A DNA stretch of 64,000 nt from Acidimicrobiales bacterium (GTDB taxonomy: Bacteria; Actinomycetota; Acidimicrobiia; Acidimicrobiales; RAAP-2), in contig DASZLD010000038.1 in the NCBI GenBank assembly GCA_035552655.1, positions 3,165 through 67,164 on the forward strand, written 5' to 3'. The notes beneath the pieces are model-generated. The model was not told the origin of the DNA. It did no database searches and saw nothing but the letters and a program-made list of their open reading frames with translations. A program made the position numbers and the translations under genes. Below are positions 17,493-25,528 of the stretch, in pieces. Numbering within the stretch: position 1 is the stretch's first letter; each line of letters starts with the position of its first letter.

Positions 17493-17702
17493 ATGACTTC
17501 GCCGACGCCGTCTGCCCAGCTCCTGGTCGAAGCCAGTGACGTCCGGGTATCGATTCCCGATCCGGCACCTCCGGGACCGCCACCGCTCCCGCCGGATCCT
17601 TTTCCCGTGGAACCTCCCCCAGTGCCGCCTGTGCCCGAACCGGAGCCCATCGATCCGCCGTTCCCGGCACCGGAGCCCGTGCCGACACCGGAGCCCGTCT
17701 AG
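17493..17702 (+). CDS. Possible 69-aa proline-rich small protein (coding status and strand uncertain)
   Basis: A strong GAGGAGG Shine-Dalgarno sequence lies 4 nt before the ATG. The product is MTSPTPSAQLL...PPGPPPLPPDPFPVEPPPVPPVPEPEP. By hand count, about 68% of third codon positions are G or C, below neighbouring genes. A Gly-rich ORF on the opposite strand competes for the same DNA. Confidence 0.3.
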   Translation: MTSPTPSAQLLVEASDVRVSIPDPAPPGPPPLPPDPFPVEPPPVPPVPEPEPIDPPFPAPEPVPTPEPV

Positions 17703-17768
17703 ACCTTCGAGACCCCTCCTGACGGCACTGCCATCCCAGGCAGTCGCCTCTAACCCAGACGGTCGGCT

Positions 17769-18149
17769 CTAACTCGTGGTGGAATCCGAGCTCTGGCGGG
17801 CGTCCTCTACCGGGCCCCTGACCAGCATCGGGTACATCCCGCGGTCAAACGCCACGATGAACTGGCGCACGGGCTGTGGGAGCGGGACACGGACCACTGC
17901 AGGGGGAAGGAACCTGACGGGACCGTTGACAACGATCTTGACCTGGCTTTGTCCTGTGGTGAGCGAGCGGACTCGGGGATCCGCCCCCAGCACGGCGCCC
18001 AAGTATGACGCCACGGCGCAGCATCTCGGATTGTTGCGGGCTCCCCACACGCCGGCATCGCACAAGGACGCCGCCACCTCGGAACGGTTCGCACCCAAAC
18101 CGACCAGGAGCTCCCCTACCTGGTCCCTGAGCTGCCGATTTCGCATCAT
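17769..18149 (-). CDS. Hypothetical protein (orphan, 126 aa)
   Basis: The ATG start is preceded by an AAGGGGG Shine-Dalgarno sequence. No family was recognised. Several codons that are uncommon here (AGG, AGA, TTG, GTA) appear, and third-position GC is lower than in neighbours. Confidence 0.5.
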   Translation of the reverse strand: MMRNRQLRDQVGELLVGLGANRSEVAASLCDAGVWGARNNPRCCAVASYLGAVLGADPRVRSLTTGQSQVKIVVNGPVRFLPPAVVRVPLPQPVRQFIVAFDRGMYPMLVRGPVEDARQSSDSTTS

Positions 18150-18336
18150 GTTGCCCCCTTACACTGTCCTCCTCGGGACTGGTGCTTCGGGAGCTCAACG
18201 GGGCTCGAAGGCGCCTACTCGAGGTATGCGTCCACTTCATACCCAGCGCGGGGTATCACGCAAACCACTTACGCCGTAATCACTTACAGTGAGATAGGGA
18301 ACCGGATGAGTGTTGCCTGGTCAGATGTTTGTCAGG

Positions 18337-18822
18337 TCAGACGGTCTTCGTCTCTTTTCCGCCGGCCATCAGCTCGGCCAGTCGATCGAGTGTGCGTTCC
18401 ATGTCCCGCTTCGTCTTGTTGGAGTAGATGTCGCCCAGCTTCAACAGGACGCGCATGGGGTCGGGGGTGATGTCCCAGCTCTCCCGGACCACTGTGCCCT
18501 CGGCGACCGGATCCAGTTGGTAACGCCAGACCCTTCCCCCCATCAGACGACCGGCGAATCCCTCCGGGCCGGTCTGCCAGGCGATCCGGCGGTTCTCCTC
18601 GAACTCGACCACCTTGTTGACGGTGGAGTACCGGACTCCGAGCTTCATCCCCATGCCGAACTTGGAACCGAGCACCAGTCGTTCGGGCTCCTGCTCCTTG
18701 GCCCCTTGGAGCATGCCGGAGCCATCGATCAACGTGTGCTTGGCCGCGTCGGCCAGGACGTCGAAGATGGCCTCCGGAGGGGAGGGGATCATGCGTTCAA
18801 CCGTGAGCACGTAGCCCTGCAT
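18337..18822 (-). CDS. SRPBCC family protein (polyketide cyclase/dehydrase-like fold)
   Basis: 161 aa. The pattern VERMIPSPPEAIFDVLADAAKH...WRYQL.P...GT.V.ESWD is typical of SRPBCC (START/Bet v1-like) proteins. Confidence 0.8.
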   Translation of the reverse strand: MQGYVLTVERMIPSPPEAIFDVLADAAKHTLIDGSGMLQGAKEQEPERLVLGSKFGMGMKLGVRYSTVNKVVEFEENRRIAWQTGPEGFAGRLMGGRVWRYQLDPVAEGTVVRESWDITPDPMRVLLKLGDIYSNKTKRDMERTLDRLAELMAGGKETKTV

Positions 18823-19040
18823 CGAAACTCCTCTGGTTCGGGTCCGGACGCCTGGTGCTAGACCCTAGATGGTGGTCGATGGGTTGACACTCGACGTTGA
18901 CCTGACCGGTTCCGACCCCGTCCCGGTCCCGGTGATGCCCGCCTGACCAACGGGCGTGGCCCTGGTTCTACCGAGACTGGCCGGACTCGGAGACTCGGCA
19001 TCAACCCCAGGACGCGCCCACCTGGCTAAGTTCGTGATCC

Positions 19041-19190
19041 ATGCCCGGCCGTCCGCCACCGTCACCCACGTGCACGCGCTCGCCCTTGGGCACCTTCGCC
19101 GAGTGTCCCCACTGCGGCGCCGAGCTCCGACCCGAGCACGCCCACTTCCGGTGCACGGGCTGCGGTTGGCGCGACTCCTGCTGCGACTAA
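19041..19190 (+). CDS. 49-aa zinc-ribbon small protein (below the ORF-track size cut-off)
   Basis: Manual translation gives MPGRPPPSPTCTRSPLGTFAECPHCGAELRPEHAHFRCTGCGWRDSCCD. It has paired CxxC motifs (CPHC...CTGC). Third-position GC is very high (about 88% by hand count), which supports coding. Confidence 0.5.
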   Translation: MPGRPPPSPTCTRSPLGTFAECPHCGAELRPEHAHFRCTGCGWRDSCCD

Positions 19191-19224
19191 CCCCGCGCCG
19201 ACGAGCCGGATCCGGTGCCGAAGC

Positions 19225-19638
19225 TCAGGGGTCGATGCGGGCGGTGGCCGTGCCGGTGAAGACCTCGGCGCCATCCTGGTTCACGGTGGTGATCTCCAGT
19301 TCGACCAGATTGTCGCCGCTGATTTCGGTGATCTCCGCTTTCGCCGTCAGGTCGTCTCCCGGCCACACCTGGGCGCGGAACCGGCCACCGAAGCGGACCA
19401 GGCGCCCGTCGCCCACGTAGTCGGTCAGCATCCGTCCGGTCAGGCCCATGGTCAACATGCCGTGGGCGAAGACCGAGGGGTAACCGGCCACCTTGGTGGC
19501 GAACACCTCATCGCTGTGGAGCGGGTTGTAGTCGCCCGATGCCCCCGCGTACTGGACGATCTGGGTCCGGGTCAGGTTCTCCACTACCACCTGCTCGTGG
19601 ACCGATCCCACCTTGAGCTCGCTTCGACGAAGAGCCAT
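19225..19638 (-). CDS. MaoC-like (R)-specific enoyl-CoA hydratase/dehydratase subunit (HadB/ChsH-like)
   Basis: Has the hot-dog fold motif YAGASGDYNPLHSDEVFA...GYPSVFAHGM. The start shares 1 nt with the upstream subunit's stop (TGATG). Confidence 0.85.
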   Translation of the reverse strand: MALRRSELKVGSVHEQVVVENLTRTQIVQYAGASGDYNPLHSDEVFATKVAGYPSVFAHGMLTMGLTGRMLTDYVGDGRLVRFGGRFRAQVWPGDDLTAKAEITEISGDNLVELEITTVNQDGAEVFTGTATARIDP

Positions 19639-20129
19639 CAGCCCTCCTCCACTGTCTTCGAGGTGCGCACGCCCACGCCCCGGGCCGTGACCACCAGTTC
19701 CCCGGCCGGGTTCCGGTACTCGACGATGTGCTCGGAGAAGGTCATGGTTCCCCCCCGCCGGCCCTCCTTGGTCCAGGTCTCGCCCTCGCTGGTGGTGGCC
19801 GTCAGCACCTCGCCGGGCCCGAGGGGCCGGTGGTACTCGAAATGCTGCTCGGCGTGGAGGCCGGTCCCGCCGCCTCCGCTGCCTGGCGCTCGCTGCACAC
19901 CGGTGGGCTCCTTTCCGGAGCCGAACCAGGGCTCGCCGATCCGGGGGCGGAGCGAGTAGTTGGGGTCGAACTGGGCGCTCGACTGCACGAAGGTGGGTGG
20001 CGCCACCACATGGCCCACTTCGGTGGTGGCGGCATAGGCGGCGTCGGAGTAGATGGGATTGGGATCCCCCACCGCCCGAGCGAACATCATGATGTGTCCC
20101 GCCTCTACCGGAAACTCGATCGGATCCAT
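19638..20129 (-). CDS. MaoC N-terminal-like dehydratase subunit (HadA/ChsH partner-like)
   Basis: Starts MDPIEFPVEAGHIMMFARAVGDPNPIY and carries the FAS1-like/MaoC_N pattern. I chose ATG at 20129 because it follows an AAGGAGG Shine-Dalgarno sequence. Confidence 0.8.
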   Translation of the reverse strand: MDPIEFPVEAGHIMMFARAVGDPNPIYSDAAYAATTEVGHVVAPPTFVQSSAQFDPNYSLRPRIGEPWFGSGKEPTGVQRAPGSGGGGTGLHAEQHFEYHRPLGPGEVLTATTSEGETWTKEGRRGGTMTFSEHIVEYRNPAGELVVTARGVGVRTSKTVEEG

Positions 20130-20337
20130 CTGTCCTCCTTCGTCGACGCTGTATGTCCTATCCACAGGTGGTGTCTCTGCGCAAGCGAGGTCCCGTTCCC
20201 CGGCGGTTGCCGGCACCCGACCGGTTCGACGCCGAGCGGTACTTCCGCGATGCTCCCCTCATGATCGTGGGAGCAGGCGTCGACGAGATCCGGCACAGGG
20301 AGGAGGGCCGAGTGCCCGAGGCCCGAGGGGATCGGCC

Positions 20338-22374
20338 ATGACCTCCCCGGTGATGGACGAAGGAACCGTGCTGTGGGAGCCCTCGGCCGAGCGGGTCCGA
20401 GCGGCCAAGATCTCGGCCTTCATGGCCTGGCTGCGAACCGACCGGGGTGTCGACGTCGAGGACTACGCCGCCCTGCAGCGCTGGTCGGTCGGCCAGATCG
20501 AGCCCTTCTGGGCCGCCGTCCGCCAGTACTTCGGCGTGGGCTCGGACGACGGCGCCGAACCGGTGCTGGTTCGGGGCAACGGCGCCGAGCACGCTCGCTG
20601 GTTCCCCAACCTCGAGCTGAACTACGTCGACGGCCTCCTCGCTCAACCCGACGACGACATCGCCGTCATCGACTGGGGTGAGGAACGCCGTCCCGCTTCG
20701 CTCACCTACGGCGAGCTTCGGGCCCAGGCCGGGGCCATGGCACGCGCCCTGGTCGGCCTGGGAGTTGGACCCGGTGACCGGGTGGCGGCGGTCATGACCA
20801 ACTCCGTCCCCGCCATCGTTGCCTTCCTGGCCACCGCCTCCATCGGGGCGGTGTGGTCGAGCTGCGCGCCCGAATTCGGGACCGAGGGCATGCTCGACCG
20901 GTTCACCCAGATCGAGCCGACGGTGCTGGTGGCAGTGGAGGGCTACCGGTACGGCGGCCGCTACTACTCGTTGAGCCACAAGATCGAGGCGCTGGAGGCA
21001 TCGCTTCCCACGGTGATCGCCACCGTGGTCGTGCCCACTGAGCCGGATCCGGACTCCGAGCTCGCCGCGCCCCCCACCCGGGTCCGCCGTCGTACCTGGG
21101 CATCAATGCTGGCCGAGCCGGCCCCACTGCAGGCCACGCCGGTGACCTTCGAGCACCCGCTGTGGATCCTCTACTCGTCGGGCACCACCGGACTGCCCAA
21201 GCCCATCGTGCAGGGACACGGAGGCATCGTTCTCGAGCACTTGAAGTCGGTGTCGTTGCACTGCGACCTCGGCCCCGGTGATCGCTTCTTCTGGTTCACC
21301 ACCACCGGGTGGATGATGTGGAACTTCCTCCTCGGTGGGCTCCTGGTCGGCGCCACCATCTGCTGTTACGACGGCAATCCGGCCTGGCCCGATCCGGGTG
21401 CTCTGTGGCGCATGGCCTCCGAGCTGTCGATCACCTATTTCGGCACCAGCGCGCCGTTCATCGAGACCTGCCGGAAGGGCGACATCATGCCCCGACGCGA
21501 CGCCGGAGCCAATTCGATCCACACCCTGGGGTCGACGGGTGCGCCGCTGTCACCCGAGGGGTTCGTGTGGGCCAACTCGGCGGTGGGCGACGACGTGCTG
21601 GTGGCCTCGATGTCGGGTGGCACTGACGTCTGCACCGGGTTCCTGGGCGCCTGCCCGCTCCTTCCCGTGCGGGTGGGCGAGCTGTCGTGCGCCCAGCTCG
21701 GTGCGGCGGTCGACGCCTACGACGAGAACGGCGCTTCGGTGGTGGGCGAGGTGGGCGAGCTGGTCATCACCCAGCCCATGCCGTCGATGCCCACCGAGCT
21801 CTATGGCGACCCTGACGGCTCACGACTGCACGACAGCTACTTCGCTTCCTTCCCCGACGTGTGGCGACACGGCGACTGGGTAAAGCTGACCCCGAGTGGC
21901 GGTGCGGTGATCTACGGCCGATCGGACGCCACCCTCAACCGTGGCGGCGTGCGCATGGGCACGGCCGAGTTCTACCGGGTCGTCGAAGCACTGGCCGAGG
22001 TGGCTGACTCCTTGGTGGTCGATACCTCCGAGCTGGGCCGGGAAGGCGAGCTGGTGCTGTTGGTGGTGCCGGCGACCGATCCCTCCGCCGTGGCCACCGC
22101 CGGGCTGAGCGACGACCTCGTGACCCACCTCCGCCAGGTCATCCGGGACCAGCTCTCTCCCCGCCACGTGCCCAACCGGCTCATCGGGGTCCCCGCCCTG
22201 CCCCACACCATCAACGGCAAGCGCATCGAGGTGCCGGTGCGCAAGATGCTGCTGGGCACGCCCATCGAAGCGGCGGTGGCCGCGTCGGCCCTCGACCGCC
22301 CCGACGCGCTCCAGGGCCTGCTCGACGTCCTCTCGGCTCACGACCTGCTCCCCTCGGGTACCACCTCGAAGTAG
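20338..22374 (+). CDS. Acetoacetate-CoA ligase (acetoacetyl-CoA synthetase) family
   Basis: 678 aa. The N-terminal part is LWEPSAERVRAAKISAFMAWL, followed by ILYSSGTTGLPKPIVQGHGG and a C-terminal INGKRIEVPVRK. I chose the internal ATG at 20338 because the upstream extension overlaps the divergent MaoC gene. Confidence 0.85.
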   Translation: MTSPVMDEGTVLWEPSAERVRAAKISAFMAWLRTDRGVDVEDYAALQRWSVGQIEPFWAAVRQYFGVGSDDGAEPVLVRGNGAEHARWFPNLELNYVDGLLAQPDDDIAVIDWGEERRPASLTYGELRAQAGAMARALVGLGVGPGDRVAAVMTNSVPAIVAFLATASIGAVWSSCAPEFGTEGMLDRFTQIEPTVLVAVEGYRYGGRYYSLSHKIEALEASLPTVIATVVVPTEPDPDSELAAPPTRVRRRTWASMLAEPAPLQATPVTFEHPLWILYSSGTTGLPKPIVQGHGGIVLEHLKSVSLHCDLGPGDRFFWFTTTGWMMWNFLLGGLLVGATICCYDGNPAWPDPGALWRMASELSITYFGTSAPFIETCRKGDIMPRRDAGANSIHTLGSTGAPLSPEGFVWANSAVGDDVLVASMSGGTDVCTGFLGACPLLPVRVGELSCAQLGAAVDAYDENGASVVGEVGELVITQPMPSMPTELYGDPDGSRLHDSYFASFPDVWRHGDWVKLTPSGGAVIYGRSDATLNRGGVRMGTAEFYRVVEALAEVADSLVVDTSELGREGELVLLVVPATDPSAVATAGLSDDLVTHLRQVIRDQLSPRHVPNRLIGVPALPHTINGKRIEVPVRKMLLGTPIEAAVAASALDRPDALQGLLDVLSAHDLLPSGTTSK

Positions 22375-22398
22375 CGACACCCTCGGGGCCAGCCTCTG

Positions 22399-23376
22399 TC
22401 AGGTGATGGCCAAGGCGTTGGGCGGCGAGGCCACCCCGGCGTGCACGTTGAGCGGCGCCGAGGTGAACAGGCAGTCGTAGCGGCCCCTTTCTTCGCAGTC
22501 GGCGGCCAGGCCATCGAGATCGAAGAGCTCGCCGATGGGTAACCCCAGCAGCGGCAGCAACGACAAGTGGAGGAAACCCCCGATCAGGTCCTCGGGCGTC
22601 GCCGTCTCCGGGTCGAGGCGCGGGCCGGTGAACAGGGGCGGGGGCCAGACCTCGAGGGCCGGGTTGTCGGCGGCCACGGCGGCGATGTGGAGGTCCCACA
22701 AGGTGGCGGCCATCGCCGTCCCGGCCCGGAGACCACACGCCGGCGAGGACCGGTCGGCCTGGGCCGATCGGCCGGCGTCGTCAAGGCTCCGGTACCAGGC
22801 CAGCCATCCGGTGCGGATGAGCAGGACGTCCCCCACCTCGACCGTCACCCCCTGGGTCTCCAACGTGGCCAGCAGGTCCTCGGGTTCGATGGCGTCGGTG
22901 GAGCCGGGCCGCAGGGGTCGATCGACCGAGGACCGCCACTGCCCCACGTCGGCCAGGACGGCCCGGCCCACGATGCCCCGCTGGGCCCACAGGTGGACGC
23001 CATGCTCCTCGTCGGGACGGCCGTTGTAGAACCCGTAGCGGGGGTGTTGGATGTGGCGGAACCCGTCCCACTGGCTCGAGCTCTGGGTGTTCCAGTGGTG
23101 GAGCTCGTCGTCGTGGCCCACGCCCGAGCCGAGGTTGCTGACCACGTGCTCGAACGCGGCGCGGCCGAACAAGGGTGGTGAGGGCAGCTCGAGCTCAAGG
23201 TTCAGATTGTGGACGCGTCCGGCTTCCGGGATCGACTGGGCTCGCCGCACCCGCTCAGGGGTGAGGAGGTTGAGGCACCCCAGCGCGCCATCGTCGTCCC
23301 ACACACCCCACGACGATCCCGGCGGAGCGTCGCTGGTGATGGGCAACTGCGCGTAGGTCGGCATCGACTCGGTCAT
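22399..23376 (-). CDS. Putative cyclase family protein (kynurenine-formamidase-like fold)
   Basis: Contains HWNTQSSSQWDGFRHI...LIRTGW. ATG at 23376 (MTESMPTY) is preceded by GAGGAGG, which spans the stop of the upstream thiolase-like gene. Confidence 0.75.
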   Translation of the reverse strand: MTESMPTYAQLPITSDAPPGSSWGVWDDDGALGCLNLLTPERVRRAQSIPEAGRVHNLNLELELPSPPLFGRAAFEHVVSNLGSGVGHDDELHHWNTQSSSQWDGFRHIQHPRYGFYNGRPDEEHGVHLWAQRGIVGRAVLADVGQWRSSVDRPLRPGSTDAIEPEDLLATLETQGVTVEVGDVLLIRTGWLAWYRSLDDAGRSAQADRSSPACGLRAGTAMAATLWDLHIAAVAADNPALEVWPPPLFTGPRLDPETATPEDLIGGFLHLSLLPLLGLPIGELFDLDGLAADCEERGRYDCLFTSAPLNVHAGVASPPNALAIT

Positions 23377-23389
23377 GGATGGCCCCTCC

Positions 23390-24589
23390 TCACTGCTGGT
23401 GCGAACTGTAGAGGACCGCCCCTCCGAAGTTGGGAGTGGACTGACAGGCCAGGGCCACGTCGGCTTTCTCCAGCTGCCGTGGCCCGGCCCGTTGAGACAA
23501 CTGCAGATAGCACTCGAGCATCTGGGGCACGCCATGCATCCGCCCATTGCCCAGCGCGCCACCCCCGGAGAGGAACGGGTGACCCGAGCCGGGACGAAGT
23601 CCGCCATCTTGGACGAACCGGTGGGCCTCGCCCCGTGGGCAGTAGCCCAGGGCCTCCAGCCAGAAGTAGATGAAGGGCGAGAAGCCGTCGTAGAGCTGGG
23701 GGACGTCGACGTCCTGGCGCGACAGGCCGGCGCTCTCCCACAGGTGGCCGGCCATCTCCGTCCCCGCTTCGTGGATCTCGTCGAGAGACCAGTAGCCGAT
23801 GCCGTTGTTGGGCCGGGAGCGGCTCTGGGCGAACCCGGCCACATAGACGGGCCGGTGGGGCAAGTCACGGGCCCGCTCGGCGCTGGTGAGGACGAAGGCG
23901 CCCACCCCGCTGATGGGCAGGTCGCAGTCGAGCAGGGAAATCGGGTCGGCGATCATCCGGGCCTCCATGTAGTCGTCCACGGTGATCGGGCGGTCGTGCC
24001 AGTACGACCACGGAATCGACGCGCCGTTGCGCCGGGCCTCCACCACCACGGTGGCCATGTCCTCGCGTGTCGCCCCGTACCGCTGCATGTACTCCATGTA
24101 GGGCAGGGCGGCCTGGGCGATCGGGCTCCAGTAGCCCTGGGGTGCGTTCCACTGGGAGTCGCCGTCGGCCTCGGTCATCGGGTTCTCGTGATAGCGGCCC
24201 GGCGGGTTGAACATGGCCCGGTGCACGAGCACGTAGTCGGCCGCCCCGGTGGCGATGGCCGTGGCCGCCAGGATGACCGATCCGGGGATCTGCCCCACGC
24301 CCTGGAACCCGCATAGCCAGCGCGGACGGATCCCCAGCTGTTCGGCCAACCAGTCGGAGGTGACGATGTGGGTGCCGTCAACGACGGCCCTTCCTCCGCT
24401 GGAGGGAAAGATGGCCCCGGTGGTGAAGCCGTCGACCTGCTCCTTGGTCAGTCCGGCATCGGCGATGGCCTCCAGCGCGGTCTTGATGGCCAGGGTGCCC
24501 AGCGGCTCGTCGATGTGGCGCGTGATCGGGCTGTGGGCGTAGCCGGCGATGGCCACCTGGCCGCTGCCGCGGAAGCGGGGCGCGGTCAT
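23390..24589 (-). CDS. Thiolase-like protein (SCP-x / Ltp-type lipid-transfer thiolase or aldolase)
   Basis: About 399 aa from MTAPRFRGSGQVAIAGYAHSP. It shows thiolase-fold patterns without the classic acetoacetyl-CoA thiolase N-terminus. The start overlaps the DUF35 gene stop as ATGA. Confidence 0.8.
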   Translation of the reverse strand: MTAPRFRGSGQVAIAGYAHSPITRHIDEPLGTLAIKTALEAIADAGLTKEQVDGFTTGAIFPSSGGRAVVDGTHIVTSDWLAEQLGIRPRWLCGFQGVGQIPGSVILAATAIATGAADYVLVHRAMFNPPGRYHENPMTEADGDSQWNAPQGYWSPIAQAALPYMEYMQRYGATREDMATVVVEARRNGASIPWSYWHDRPITVDDYMEARMIADPISLLDCDLPISGVGAFVLTSAERARDLPHRPVYVAGFAQSRSRPNNGIGYWSLDEIHEAGTEMAGHLWESAGLSRQDVDVPQLYDGFSPFIYFWLEALGYCPRGEAHRFVQDGGLRPGSGHPFLSGGGALGNGRMHGVPQMLECYLQLSQRAGPRQLEKADVALACQSTPNFGGAVLYSSHQQ

Positions 24590-25020
24590 CGCGTCACCGC
24601 CGACCGGAAGTGGGGCACGGAGATGCCGGGGGCCACGTCGTCGAAAACGATCTCGACCGGCATCCCCACTCGCATCTCCGACGCTGTCCCGTCGACCAGG
24701 AACAGGACCAGGCGGAGGCCTTCTTGCTCGTCCAGCTCGGCCTCGGCCAGGACGTAGGGGACGTCTCCGGCGAAACCGGCCAGGAAGGCGTCCCGCACCA
24801 CGGTCCACGTCCTGACCGTGGCTCGCCCGCTCAGCGGCTCAAAGTGGAAGGACCGGTCGGGCGACAGGCATTGGCGGCAGATGTCCACCGGCGGATGGCT
24901 GAGGAAGCCGCACTGGTCGCACTGTTGGATGGCCAGCACATGGTTGGCCGCGGCCTCCCAGAATCCGGCTGACTGCGCGTCGGGTACGGGGACCGGTTTC
25001 GGGATGCTGGTGGTCTCCAA
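24586..25020 (-). CDS. DUF35 OB-fold/zinc-ribbon acyl-CoA-associated protein
   Basis: Has the rubredoxin-like CDQCG...CRQC followed by an OB-fold segment (YVLAEAELDEQEGLRLV). The TTG start sits 8 nt after GAGGAG. Confidence 0.85.
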   Translation of the reverse strand: METTSIPKPVPVPDAQSAGFWEAAANHVLAIQQCDQCGFLSHPPVDICRQCLSPDRSFHFEPLSGRATVRTWTVVRDAFLAGFAGDVPYVLAEAELDEQEGLRLVLFLVDGTASEMRVGMPVEIVFDDVAPGISVPHFRSAVTR

Positions 25021-25178
25021 TGGCTCATCTCCTCACAGGCGTGGTGGCGAACGGCAGCATGCCAGAGGGTCAGGAAGTGCGCACGGTGGGAGGCCGTGGT
25101 GTCGCTGCTCGGCTCCCGCCGGTCTGATCCCCATGGTGGGCCAAACCGGCCTCGTTCCTCCGTGGCAGACTGCGGCTC

Positions 25179-25481
25179 ATGATCATCGTTGCCGGATACA
25201 TGGACGTAGACCCAGCCGTTCGCGGCGAATTCCTGGAGGCCAGGCGGGAGTCGATCGTGGCCACCCACTCCGAGCCGGGGTGCATTGAGTACACCTTCAG
25301 CGCCGACGCCCTCGAGCCGGGACGAGTGCGCCTGTTCGAGCGGTGGGAGTCCAAGGACGACCTTCGTACCCATCTGGCCGCCATGTCGGAGCAGGCCACC
25401 CCGGCGTCGCCCCAATTCAATGTGACCGCAGTCGAGTTGTTGCAGTACGAGATCAGCGCCCAGGGCCCCCTCGGGAGCTGA
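25179..25481 (+). CDS. Antibiotic-biosynthesis-monooxygenase (ABM) domain protein
   Basis: 100 aa. The ferredoxin-like ABM pattern is MIIVAGYMDVDP...EPGCIEY.F....EPGRVRLFE.WES...L..H. Confidence 0.75.
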   Translation: MIIVAGYMDVDPAVRGEFLEARRESIVATHSEPGCIEYTFSADALEPGRVRLFERWESKDDLRTHLAAMSEQATPASPQFNVTAVELLQYEISAQGPLGS

Positions 25482-25528
25482 CGACCGAGCCTGCTCCACA
25501 GGGATGGCAACCCGCGTAGGGTGCGTGC

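Noticed and set aside
17465-17650. A Gly-rich 61-aa ORF on the minus strand, opposite the Pro-rich ORF.
   Set aside because: I did not call it as a feature. It has no convincing Shine-Dalgarno sequence, contains the rare codons ATA, AGG and AAA, and only about 63% of its third codon positions are G or C. It is kept as the alternative in the orphan-patch finding because co-directionality with its neighbours makes it impossible to exclude.
20053-20337. Long N-terminal extensions of track ORFs. Examples are 20053 for the acetoacetyl-CoA synthetase, 6469 for the lipase, 7467 for the membrane protein, 23868 for the cyclase, 24808 for the thiolase-like gene, 47218 for the GNAT, 50861 for the glyoxalase, 63870 for the isochorismatase, 45291 for the hydrolase and 2205 for the crotonase.
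   Set aside because: The extensions overlap neighbouring genes, are Arg/Pro/Gly-rich, and are followed by an internal start with a good Shine-Dalgarno sequence where the recognisable family N-terminus begins.
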